From the NCBI RefSeq assembly GCF_009914755.1, contig NC_060928.1: 64,000 nucleotides of DNA; one strand, given 5' to 3'. Source of the stretch: the human T2T-CHM13v2.0 reference genome, Homo sapiens. Position 1 is the first letter of the stretch, and each line of letters starts with the position of its first letter. A program made the position numbers and the translations under genes. The notes under the pieces are model-generated. The model saw only the letters and a list, made by a program, of their open reading frames with translations, did no database searches and was not told where the DNA came from. Shown one piece after another: positions 42,274-54,500 of this stretch.

Positions 42274-42340
42274 ACACACACACACACACACAGACAGAGA
42301 AAGAGAAAGACAGAGAGAGAGAGAAACAGAGAGAAAGCGA
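42235..42340. repeat. Compound microsatellite: (CA)29 with one TA interruption, then GA-rich tract
   Basis: CA run at 42235-42292 followed by gacagagaaagagaaagacagagagagagagaaacagagagaaag. Confidence 0.97.
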
Positions 42341-42369
42341 GGTAATCAATATGAATAAATGAATGGTTG

Positions 42370-42766
42370 TTTCACGCGCGTCCATGTGAAGATACTACCA
42401 AACAGGCTTGTGTCAGCAACAAGGCTGTTTATTTCACCTGGGTGCAGGCGGGCTGAGTCCGAAAAGAGAGTCAGCGAAGGGAGATGGGGTGGGGACGTTT
42501 TATAGGATTTCAGTAGGTAGTGGAAAATTAGTCAAAGGGCTGTTCTCTGGCTGGCAGGGGCGGGGGTCACAAGGTTCTCAGTGCGGGGGACCTTTTGAGC
42601 CAGGATGAGCCAGGAGAAGGAATTTCATAAGGTAATGTCATCAGTTAAGGCAGGAACATGCCATTTTCACTTCTTTTGTGATTCTTTAGTTGCTTCAGGC
42701 CATCTGGATGTATATGTGCAGGTCACAGGGGATATGACGGCTTAGCTTGGGCTTAGAGGCCTGACA
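42370..42766 (-). mobile_element. HERV-H solo LTR (LTR7/LTR7B family)
   Basis: Reverse complement starts TGTCAGGCCTCTAAGCCCAAGCTAAGCC and ends GGACGCGCGTGAAA. TATA CCTATAAAA (42498-42506), GC box (42557-42565), AATAAA. TSD GGTTG/GATTG. Confidence 0.95.
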
Positions 42767-42929
42767 GATTGAATATTGAATATGTGAGGAATCCATATTA
42801 TCCTAAACTTTCCAAGGTCGGATAACCGTCTGGGATTGGGATGGAGGGAAAAATAAGTTTTTATTTTATTTTATTTTACTTCAGATATATTATGTTTAAG
42901 GAAAGATCAGCATATACAAGTTAAAATAT

Positions 42930-43120
42930 TAATCAGGCAGCTATAAATTTAAAGCTGAAATCACAGAGATTGGTTTGGACTGGATTGGTAGATTTAAGTA
43001 AGGATCAGCCATATAGGGATAAGAGTTGATGCTGTGAGATTAGGTGAAATTCTTAAAAACTAGGCTCTAGGAAGAACAAGTCATAAAATAAAAGGAGACA
43101 GAAGGAAGGAAAGACAAATC
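42930..43120 (-). mobile_element. L2 fragment
   Basis: aggcagc..gctgaaatcacagaga..ggactgga..agattt..atcagccatatag..agttgatgctgtgaga. Confidence 0.45.
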
Positions 43121-46100
43121 CTCTTAATGGACTTGTAGCAGGCTGCCCAAAGACATTAACTCTGCATGTATTCAGTGCACCAGTGCCATAGCCTTCCCAT
43201 ACTACAATGGAATAAATAAATCTGAATCTCCCCAGCTTCCAGGAAGAAAAATTGACACTGAACCTCTGCATGTTCAACTCTTTATTTTAGAGACAAGAGA
43301 AATAATTTCTAATCTTTCAAAGTCAGCTGAAACTTCAGTTCCTGGGGTAACCCTTCATTTTCCACTGCCCTTGGTCTAATTCAGGCATGTTAATAAGGCT
43401 CTTTTATTTTCTTTGTAGCAATAAGCATAGATTGGAATTAAAAATCTACGGTATGCACACGACTGCTTTACTATGATTGCCTCCTCCATTAAGTTCTACA
43501 AAAGCAAGAAAAATGTCAGTTTATCTCACCATTTTATCTCTGGCTTCTGTGCAGAAGAGGTACAAAATATGTATTTGTTAAACAACTGTTCAACAGAATA
43601 AATTAGTTAGAACTTTGTCTGTTTTCATGTGTGGCATAGCTGTGCATGATTCCGTCGGTCCTGTATTGACTGTTTGACAAAAAATGTATATAAAGGAAGA
43701 GCAAGGATCCAGTGAAGTAAATCCTTTCTTTACTTCTGAGGTTTTACTGGACATTTCCAATAATCATGAACATATGTACATAAAATTCCTCTTTCTACAG
43801 GGTGCCAACACAAGGATATAAATGCACAAATGTAAAAAAGAGGAGACTCAAGTCTAGGTAAAAACATAAACTATCAATAAATTGAATTCAGTAGTCCTTG
43901 TCTTCTCTTTCATTTTCTCCACATTTAAAGGCTGGAGCTATCACACATAAGGGCATTTTACCCTATGTCTTCAATTGTAGAACAGATGGTGTTAAAATAA
44001 ACGAGCATCTCTGAGAAGTGGGCTTTAAGTTCCAGGAAGGTTTCCTAGGGATGAAAGCTTAAATATGATTTTCTCTGGAAGAGGGGAAGCTATTGTGGAT
44101 ACATTTCAATTCATTCCTTACTTTGTGGATATCAATTCTGAAAGGAAAGGAGACTGCTTTTAGAATTTTGGAAATATTATTCATTTTTTTCCTTTGTATT
44201 TGCAGGGTTAATTGTTAATTGTTGTACTAAGCCCCAATCATTAAAGGTTTACAAAATTAAATGTGAAGATTAGGCATTTACCAATTCCCAGGCTTAGATA
44301 TAATCCAGGATGTACATAAATTGAAATTGGCATATACATGCCTTCAACTCTACCAGATGTTCTGAGAAGTCTTTGGAAACTTGGGGATTATCACCATAAT
44401 ATTGATTTGGTGAAACGCATGTGGCTAGATATGTCAGAATAAATAGGTTTGTTCAGTATTTTTTGACAACGAAATTTAGAAAAACTCATATAAGCTCACA
44501 CCGCATGTCTTTTAAGGCATTTTGCATTCTGTCCTTTTTGCTAAGATCAGATGATTTAGGGTAGTATATTTCTGACTTTAGTTTTGGATAAAAGTTATAA
44601 TTTTCACAAACATTTTATTTAAGATTATATATAAATTAAATTTAAAGAAAAAGCAGTGTTCAAAGTTCTATAACCAAGTTGATCGGAAGATATTTGCACT
44701 TTTATAAATATCTAAGTAAGATTAGGTCTGGATGGGCGGACTTTTTGTAGGAACACCCTGGGTTTCTACAAATTCTAACATAATGTGACAATTGTTTAAT
44801 GACTGATGCAAGAGCTATGTAAACAAAATATTTGAAATAGGATAATTAATTTTTGTACTTTGTTGTGATGTTAGAGATGATTAACTGGATATTTTCTTAG
44901 ATATTGATGAGATAATGAAGCTAAATCATGCTTTGCAATTTTATTTTCTGAAGAGGAATTATGTAAAAACTGTGGGCAATGGCCTGGATAGTTTGCTTGT
45001 AGGAGCCATTTTTTAAAATATTGAATCAAGTTTTACATCATTTTAATACTGAAATTTCTCATTGCTTGGTTGCCAATGGTAGCAAGAAATTGCAAAAGAA
45101 CCAGAGACATGTTTTTTGACCATGTATTCAGACTCTTTCCCAATCACAGACATCTATGCCCTGACCTAATGGGTCACGTCATTACTAGAAGTCAATGTCA
45201 CAATACAAGACTTCTCGTAATCCTGCTGTTTTATATTGTTTGGTTACCTTGTTTTGCCTATGTATTTATATCTAACTTATCTATTTATTTGTATAAATGA
45301 TTTGAGGTAACGTAAACTTCAATAAAAGCAACTTTATCAAATAAGAAGAAGTATAACGGAGAGAACAGGCAACTCAGTTAAAATACTTATTTTAAGCTTT
45401 ACGGTGTACAAAATACATAGGTTTATGTAACATAAGAAAGTTTATCAGCTATTCATGAAACCATTATTTTCCAGAGATGCTAAAGAAAAAAGTCTGATGT
45501 AAATCTCTATGTTTTAGAAATTTTAACAGGATACTTTTAATAATGCAGTTATTTAAGTTTCAATTATTTAAATAGTCTCTATGTGAAATTCACTGAAACC
45601 AATTTTAAAATTTATTGTAGATTTATCTGTGCACATTTGCAATGTCTTTTTTTACTGTAAGTCAGTCAAAGGGAAAATATGCATTTTTTAAACTCTGTCT
45701 TCAGACTACAAATTGTGTTGGGAATATTAGGTGTGAATATACAGCCTAGAACTATAGAGTTGAAGAACATGATAAAGTGACTGAAAGTGCTCATTTGCAT
45801 GTTATCCTAGCTGTTGGAAACTCTTCACAAAGTACCTATGACTGCTTTCTTGTGGAAATGCTAAATTATTGTTTATGTAGTATTTTATGCAAAAAGATTA
45901 TATTCTTTGAGTACCAGGAGATGTTTATTAGCAGAAGGTAAAACATGATTGAAATTTAATTCAAAACTTTCTAAGAAGTTCTGAAGAAAGGTCAATTTAG
46001 AATTATTAACAGCAGGACCCAGCAACTTCTTAAAATTTCAAGTAAATTATTTTTCAGGCCTTAATATATCTGGAATATTTATCACTTTAGTTTCCTTAGG

Positions 46101-46719
46101 TACTTATATAATTTTTAGTATTGTGTATAAATTGTTAGATGTTTCAAATATAAATTAACACACTTTATATGTAGAAAAGTTTTAGATTTATTAAAAACAC
46201 ACAGGTACTAAAAAATGTTCCTATATAAAAATATGAGAGCTTCCTTGATTTTCTCAAACTTCATTTTGAGTAATCACTGTGAGTATTCCTGGAGGTGAAA
46301 CCCACAAAAACATAATGGTCAGATCTACACGTTCATTTATAAGCATATATAATTTTGCTCAGTCTTTTGATTTCTTCTTAACTGAGTACGTGAGGAATTT
46401 ATGGATTTATTTTTGGTTGTAAAGACTATATTGTGGACTTATCCTTTATTTTTTATTTATTTCCTATTTCCTTAATTTTAAATTTTAACAGAATTGTTTC
46501 TTCCTTTTTACTATCTTGGCTAATGCAGTAGCCTTTTTACTAATTTCTTAAAGTTAGTATTAAGATTTTTTATTAAGTTATGTGTTTCTATTGAATAGTT
46601 ATTTTGGGGATTTTAAAAATTCTTTAATTACAGCTTTTGCTGAGATCCATAGATTTTGATTTTAAATGTTCTAATTCCAAGCAAACTATCCAGGCCATTC
46701 CTTGAGAATTGTGACTTTG

Positions 46720-47620
46720 TTTTTTAATTTTTCACACTTTTTCTTGTGAAATGAACACAGATACAGGGAGTCACTTAACAAAAATGAATAGCATAATGAA
46801 TTAGTATAAGATGAGCCCTTGTGGTATTACAACCAAAAAAGAAATCGAGCATTGCTGGCCATCCAACAGTGATCTCACATCCCTCATAAGTAATCACAAT
46901 CTTGAATTATATAGAAACTACTCCCTTACATTAAAAACATTATGCAAGTGTGCAGGGTAGTTTAGGTTTGTCCATTGGGAAGCAAACAAAAAAGATTTGT
47001 CTGCCATCTTTTCATTCAATATATCCGTATCCATCCCATTAATTTTCTTAAAATTTATCTCTTGCATCAACCATTTGACCTGGAGAGTTTTCTATAGGCC
47101 AGATGTTGCTGAGTGCAAATTCACAGTGTGGTTCAGTTTGTAGCTCTGACCTCTGTGTCTCCTAAAATCAGCAGCTAAATCTAGATCATTGGTCTAAGTT
47201 CAGCCCCTGTCAAGACATTGGGAAATGGTTTTCATCAGAAAAATATTTCTAATTATCCTCATGTTTTGTAATATCAGAAAACTATTGAAGCTCAATGCCT
47301 AGATATATTAATCCATTAGGGTTTTCAATACAGTGATATTATAATTGAACTATTTCTTTTTCATTCATTAGTTGAAATTCGTTAATACATAGTCACAACT
47401 CCTATACTACATGGTTACAGAGTGATATAAGAAATAAAGACTAAATCCTTTATTGATTTTCTTTATTTACTAACTTTTAAGATAATAATTGGTTCCCTAT
47501 TACTATCCAAATATAGATTTTTAAAAATCATAGTGAGACAGCACAATTAAGCATATTAGATTGGTTTCAATCCATTGTAACTGTTATTGTTTGATCAGTG
47601 CAGCCTGTTCAATATAGGAG
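46720..47620 (-). mobile_element. L1MC/L1ME 3' UTR fragments
   Basis: ctcaatgcctagatatattaatccattagggttt..gtgatatt..tcattcattagttgaaat..ggtttcaatccattgtaa. Confidence 0.6.
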
Positions 47621-47899
47621 TTCAGATATATTTATTCATTCTTGCTTTATACCTAGTTGTTCTTGATTTCTTATTGTTTCAAAAATTATAATTCTTACTG
47701 AAGTTCTGTAATGTTCTGTGAACTCTGTGAATTTGCCTTGCTCTTACTTATATTATTATTTTATGTCTTGTATTATTTTATTAAGATTTGTTAGCCCGTG
47801 ATGAAATAGCAGGTAATGGTACCTACAAGCTTTGTGCACATCTCTGATGTATTCTCATTGTCTGTAGGAATGCTCTTCTGTTTCTTTTTTTAGGATCTT

Positions 47900-48352
47900 G
47901 GTGTTTGTTTGCTGTACCTCATGTACACTGAAGCTGCCCAACTCTTTTGTTTCTTATTGCCTAGAAGCATCTAGAGTGTGCCGGGTCTTGTCAGCTCTCT
48001 GAGACAAGAGAGACAGATCCTAGTACTTTGAGCAGCCCTCCTGAAATGTCAGAACATTGCACCTATAATCCTGTCTTTTTTACTCCTCTTCCCAGGAAGA
48101 ATCCAGGAACTAGGGGTTTCTTCGCAGTCATGTGGCATTCTGCTGGGAAGAAAGACTATTGTGAGAGAGTGGCATAGATTTTCCTACCAAACTTGATGTG
48201 GCTGATTTCACACTTGCCTTGATTTAAAAGTCTCTTAAATCTTTTCTGGATTTTCACAAAGGGTATTGGTCCATGTATTGCTGTGAAATCAATATCTCCA
48301 AGGGAGGATGTCAGATCTGGAGTTTTCTACTCTGCCAACTTGCTGACATCAA
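47900..48352 (-). mobile_element. Ancient L1M 5' terminus
   Basis: Ends ttctactctgccaacttgctgacatca, a decayed GCCATCTTG (YY1-type) start of old L1 5' UTRs. Confidence 0.5.
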
Positions 48353-48464
48353 AAACTTTCAAAAGTTCTTTTAGGTATAAGCAGTATATTTTGCTGCCTT
48401 ATTTCGTTAAAATTAATTTTCAATCCTGAAGAAGATTCATATGTATATAATTTCATGGTTTTCT

Positions 48465-48782
48465 TTGTTTTTAATTTTTTTTTTTTTTTGAGACAGAGTC
48501 TCACTCTGTTGCCCAGGCTGGAGTGCAGTGGTGCTATCTTGGCTCACTGCAACCTCCACCTCCTGGGTTTGAGTGATTCTCATGCCTCAGCCTCCTGAGG
48601 AGCTGGGACTACAGGCACACACTACCACACCTGGCTTTTTTTTTTTTTTTTTTTTTTTTTTTAGGAGAGACAGGGTTTCATTATGTTGACCAGGCTGGTC
48701 TCAAACACCTGACCTGAAGCGATCCTCCTGCCTCGGCCTCCCAAAGTGCTAGGATTACAGGTGTATGCCACTGTGCCTGGCC
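48465..48782 (-). mobile_element. AluS (Sx/Sz-like) with a pure T27 mid-linker
   Basis: Antisense Alu. TSD ATTTCATGGTTTTCT at 48450-48464 and 48785-48799. Confidence 0.92.
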
Positions 48783-49341
48783 TGATTTCATGGTTTTCTA
48801 AGAGAAGGAGCTTTTATTATTTTAATTCCATAGTGGCAAAAGATAACATTATCAAATTAGTGCAAAAGGATCTATTAGAGGAAAAATGCCCTGCAGATAA
48901 AATATAAAAAGTTAATTAATATGTTTAACATCCAAAGAAGACTTGTAAATTAATCTGAAAGGCATGCTACTAAAAATTAAGAGGTTAAATAAAGAACAGA
49001 AATAAGGAATATATAGCAATGCAAATGTGGACGGCCAATGTTGAAAAAATACTGAACTTTCCTAGAAGTTAGGGAAACTCAAATTGAAGGAACAGTTATA
49101 ATCCCTTCTTCAAAGGATTGTTGTATTTCAAATGAAATAGTTTAGATCTGTTCTGTCAGTTTAGACTTAGTTTCATTTTATGCAACCACTACATGATGTT
49201 AAAGTAAATAATGATTTTGTTTTTCTCATGATAAAGTCCCTTGTTATTTGCTAATTCAGAGTTAGTACAACTGCTTCATTGGTGCCAGATAATATTAAAA
49301 TACCTTGTAGATGTATACTCAATCAACTTTAATTTATTGTT

Positions 49342-49393
49342 TATTTATTTATAGATTTATTTTCATGTATTTATTTATAGATTTATTTTCATG
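49342..49393. repeat. Perfect 26-bp tandem duplication
   Basis: TATTTATTTATAGATTTATTTTCATG at 49342-49367 and 49368-49393. Confidence 0.95.
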
Positions 49394-50589
49394 TTGTGAA
49401 AAAAGTAAAAGAAAATGAACAGTAGAGCATGATTTTAGAAGTGTTGCTCAAGTCTTTAGTTTCAATTACATATTCAATTTGTCAGAACTGAGTCTCAGTC
49501 ACCACCAGTTTCAAAGGAATCTAAGATCCGTGTTTCCAACTAGGCATAATACTGTCTCTCAAAATACTGGAATATTATTAAGATTACAGTATATAATGGA
49601 TATTTATTTGTTCAAAAGCAATGTTTGCCCCCTTATGTTATTTTAAGGTTACACAATTTACCTGCATACTTCTCAAAAGTAAGTGCTGGATCTTACATTG
49701 TACTTTTTAAGCTGAGCAATAATCATTTAACTTTCTGTGGTCAAATTTCAGACAAGATAGCTATAGACATTTTTATATGTAGTACAGATATTATCAGTGA
49801 AATAAATTATAGAGCATAATATAAGGAAGCAGAAGATCATCCACTGTTGATAGTTGGGAAGGGAGGATACATTAACATTGGTGGATAATTTCCTGGGTGA
49901 ATGACAACAGTTTTGTAAAATGTAGCTTTAGATAAGTAGAGATATATTTTGCTTTTGTGTGTAAGTTTACCTTGCATAAATATTGCATATTTGAAAAGTT
50001 GTTAATATTATATACAGGAAGTTGTTGGTATTTTTAATGATTTTAATCATGGTAAAATGTGAACTAATTATTCTTGCCTAGAATAATATTATTACTATTA
50101 ATAATTACTATGTAGAGGTGAATCAGCTGCAGTTGACATAATACCTACTGGAGAAAATAATGCAAAAGAAAATATGAGGATGAAGATATTTCTGTAATTT
50201 AGCTGGGCTCAGTGATAGGCTAAATTGTATCCAATATATTTTATCAGAATGGCTAAGAAACAGGTTCAAACAGAGACAGGCTGAAAAACACTATTTTTCA
50301 CTATGTCTTCATTTACTTGTCCTCTTAAAAAGTTTTGCACCTTTGGTATAGACTTTTAAAGTATTGACCAAATTGCAATGTTAGTCATTTTGGTTTTGTT
50401 TTGCACCCATTTTCCATTTTCACTCCATTTTACCCACAGGAATTCAGACAGGAAGTTGAGATGAAAACTGTGTCGTCTTTATAAGAATATTGATTAGGAC
50501 TCATTTCTCCATCTTAGCATTGCCAAACTTGTGTAAAAGTATACTCTATGATATCAACTCATGGGGGCTTAACAAACAGAAACAAGTTC

Positions 50590-52858
50590 TGTATTAGTCC
50601 ATTTTCACACTGCTGGTAAAGACATATCTGAGACTGGGAAGATAACGAGGTTTAATTAGACTTACAGTTCCATATAGCTGGGGAGGCCTCAGAATCATGG
50701 CAGAAGGAGAAAGGCACTTCTTACATGGTGGCAGCAAGAGAAAATGAGGAAGAAGCAAAAGCAGAAACCCCTGATAAACCCAACATATCTCGTGAGACTT
50801 ATTCATTATCACAAGAATACCATTGTGAATGGCCAGTCCCCATGATTCAATTACCTCCACCTGGGTCCCTCCCACAACACGTGGGAATTCTGGGTGATAC
50901 AATTCAAGTTGAGATTTGGGTGGGGACACAGCCAAACTATATCATTCTGCTCCTGGCCCCTCCAAATCTCATGTCCTCACATTTCAAATCCATTCATGCT
51001 TCCCCAACAGTCCCTCAAAGTCTCATCTCATTTCAGCATTAACTCAAAAGTTCACAGTCCAAAGTATCATCCAAGACAAGGCAAGTCCTTTCCATCTCTG
51101 AGACTTTAAAATCAAAAGGAGATTAGTTACTTCCTAGATACAGTGGGTGTGCAGACATTGGGTAAATACAGCCATTCCAAGTGGGAGAAATTGGCCAAAA
51201 CAGGCTCCAGGTCCCATGCAAGTCCAAAATCCAGAGAGGCAGTTAAATCTTAAAGCTCTAAAATGATCTCCTTTGACTCCATGTATCACATCCAGGTCAT
51301 GTTAATGTAAGAGGTGGGTGCCCATGGTCTTGGGCAGCTCCACTTCTGTGGCTTTGCAGGGTACAGCCTTTTTCCTGGCTGCTTTCATGGGCTGGCGTTG
51401 AATGTCTGTGGCTTTTTCAGGTGCATGGTGCAAGCTGTTGGTGCATTTACCATTCTGGGGTCTAGAGAACGGTGGGGCCTTCCCACAGCTCCATTAGACA
51501 GTGCCCCATTAGGAACACTGTGTGGGGGCTCCAACCCAATATTATGTTTCTGCACTGTCCTAGCAGAGGTTCTCCATGAGGGACTCACTCCTGCAGCAAA
51601 CTTGCCTGGGCACCCAGGCATTTCCATACAACTTCTGAAATTTAGACAGAGGTTCCAAACCCTCAATTCTTGATTGCTGTGTGCCCACAGGCTCAACACC
51701 ATGTGGAAGCTGCCAAGGCTTGAGGCTTCTACCCTCTGAAGCCACAGTCCAAGCTGTACATTGGCCCCCTTCAGCCATGGCTGGAGCAGCTGGGACACAG
51801 GGTGCTGAGTCCCTAGGCTGCATACAGCACAGCAACCCTGGGCTTGGCCCACAAAACCACTTTTTCCTCCTGGGCCTCTGGGCCTGTGATGGGAGGGGCT
51901 GCTGTGAATGTCTCTGACACAACCAGGAGACATTTTCCCCATTGTCTTGGGGATTAACATTAGGCTTTCTGCTACTTATGCAAATTTCTGCAGCCAGCTT
52001 GAATTTCTCCCAAGAAAATGGGTTTTTCTTTTCTACTGCATTGTCAGGCTGCAAATTTTCCAAACTTTTATGCTCTGCTTCCCATTTAAAATGAAATGCT
52101 TTTAATAGCACCCAAGTCACATTTTGAATGCTTTGCTGCTTAGAAATTTCTTCTGCCAGATATCCTAAATAATCTCTCTCAAGTTCAAAGTCCTACACAT
52201 CTCTAGGGCAGGGAAAAATGCCACCAGTCTCTTTGCTAAAACATAACAAGAGTCACCTTTGCTCCAGTTCCCAACAAGTTCCTCATCTCCATCTGAGACC
52301 ACCTCAGCCTAGACTTTATTGTTCATATCACTATCAGCATTTTTGTCAAAGCCATTCAACAAATCTCTTGGAAGTTCCCAACTTTGCCACATTTTTTCTT
52401 CTTCTGAGCTCTCCAAACTGTTTCAACCTGTTACCGAGTTCCAAAGTCATTTCCTAGTTTTGGGGTATCTTTCCAACAATTACCCCACTCTACTGGTACC
52501 AAATTACTGTATTAGCCCATTTTCATGCTGCTAGTAAAGACATACCTGAGACTGGGAAGAAAAAGAGAGTTAATTAGACTTACAATTCCACATGGCTGGG
52601 GAGGCCACAGAATCATGGCAGAAGGAGAAAGGCACTTCTTACATGGTGGCAGCCAGAGAAAATGAAGAAGTAAAAGCAGAAACCCCTGATAAATCCATCA
52701 GATCTCGTGTGACTTATTCACTATCACAAGAATAGCAGGGGAAAGACCAGCCCCCATTATTCAATTACCTCTGCCTGGGTCCCTCCCACAACACGTGGGA
52801 ATTCTGGGTGATACAATTCAAGTTGAGATTTGGGTGGGGACACAGCTAAACCATATCA
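50590..52858 (-). mobile_element. Full-length THE1A MaLR provirus (3' LTR 50590-50944, internal 50945-52507, 5' LTR 52508-52858)
   Basis: Two TG...CA LTRs, PPT next to 50945, PBS-like ttggtaccagta next to 52507, internal MaLR ORF remnants. Perfect TSD AGTTC at 50585-50589 and 52859-52863. Confidence 0.97.
51560..52120 (-). pseudogene. Remnant of the THE1 internal (Gag-derived MaLR) ORF, 186 open codons
   Basis: WVLLKAF..EHKSLENLQPDNAVEKKNPFS.EKFKLAAEICIS..PNVNPQDNGENVS..SQQPLPSQA..RKKWF is typical of the THE1-int ORF. Confidence 0.85.
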
Positions 52859-54119
52859 AGTTCTTAATGCATAAAAAGAAGAATGGCTGTTTACACCATT
52901 TCGGGTTATATGTTATTTATACACCACAGGTATTGAACTATATACACAAGTTATAACACATTGCAGACAGTGTCTTTCTTTTGAGCACAGAGAAACAACA
53001 AAGATCTCTTTTTCCACATTTCCACCTGCAAAACAGTAAGTAAAGAAAGCTTTTGTGTTATTTTGTTATAATCTATGATTCTAGTATAGCCGTGGTTGTA
53101 TTTATTATTTTTTCCTCTTTACTCTTGTTTAAAGGCCAGTAGTTAGCAGATTTTATTTGAGCTAAGGCCTTAGTAATAAAATATCTTTGGCTGATACCCC
53201 TTTTGACATTTATTACTTGCCAAATCAAACTGAAGTTTTATTAAAGCTTTCATACTTGCTGCTTTTATTTTATTCAATTTCTCCATATTTATAATTTCAA
53301 TATTTACAAAAGACACCTATTCAGTAGCATTTCTTGATCCATATCTAAACTGTTCAATTTCAGTTTAAAAATTTTGACTTTATGTATTTTATGGTCTAGG
53401 TTCAGGTGACAAATTATAAGAAGTTGTGCCAACCCCACTAGGATTTTCAATTTTATGTAATTTTGATAGACTAGAGTTACTTTCTATTATGCTGAAAATG
53501 CTCAGCCATTGAGCTTCCCGTGGATTTTGCCAAGGAACAACAGCCCCTCTACAGTTTCCTGGTCATGCAACCATGGGAAAATTACTCTCACACAGAAGGA
53601 ATATACTATTATTGTTTGTACTTTTGACTTGGTTCCTGCAGAAATAATTGGCATGTCTCTCTTCCTCATCCCTTGAATTATGGTTGCACAACTGCAGTTG
53701 GATGTCAGAAATTTAAAACTAGATGTGCTACAAACGTAGCCCAGCCTTCTCCTAAAACCTAAATTGAAACTCGTTCTATTAAGCAGTGATAAGTCTATTT
53801 TTAATCCTGTGTCTTTCTCTTTCTGGCAAAGGATACAATGTTTCTGAGTAAAAATATCTGTGCTAACCATGACTTCTTCCTTTACAGAGTTTCACATCAT
53901 CTCTGATTTTATCTTCCACCATCCTCATAACTCCATCTTCTCACAGCATGAGTTTTACCCAGTGAACACCTACTATATATGATATATGTACGTGGGCACG
54001 GAGACAATTTTGAATTTTTAGTAAAACACAGCGGGTTTGAATATAAATTTTGTCATTTATCACTGTTGTGATAAAAATAAATTTACTTTGATTATATAAG
54101 ACAAACCTACCACATTTAA

Positions 54120-54500
54120 ACATTATTTATGTAACAAATATTTATTTAATAACCTATGATGCACCAGACCTATGGTCTATTTGGAGCATTCAATAAATAA
54201 TTATTAAACAAGATGACTGCCTTCATGAGCTTCACAGTTATTGGGTAGAAAAATGTTCAATAATCTGACCAAATAACATAATTACAAAGAATCCTCATTG
54301 TGTGAATTTTAAATATAGATGTAATGAACATATATGACATTTAGATTTGTCCTAATTTTGGAAGAGGTAGTTTAAGATCAGGATAACTGGATAATGGTAG
54401 TTAACCAGTCATAACAGCACATAAAAGGCCCAGAAGTGAGAACATTCTTGGCATCTTTGATGGCTGAAAGGTCTTGTGCTTGGAGTAAAGAGAGTGTGGT
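54120..54500 (-). mobile_element. L2 3' fragment
   Basis: aacaaatatttatt..acctatgatgcaccag..ctgccttcatgagcttcacagt..aacagcacataaaaggcccagaagtgaga. Confidence 0.65.

Noticed and set aside
42099-42385. His-Thr and Val-Cys repeat ORFs
   Set aside because: Translations of the (CA)n microsatellite.
43786-43863. Possible 57-nt plus-strand exon (ctctttctacag|...ctag|gtaaaa), and lone acceptors near 3713, 25170, 34087, 44205 and 50439
   Set aside because: Weak donors and no coherent reading frame; such sites are common in AT-rich DNA.
53502-53870. 122-aa minus-strand ATG ORF in non-repeat sequence
   Set aside because: No recognisable domain, promoter or splice context; consistent with a chance ORF.
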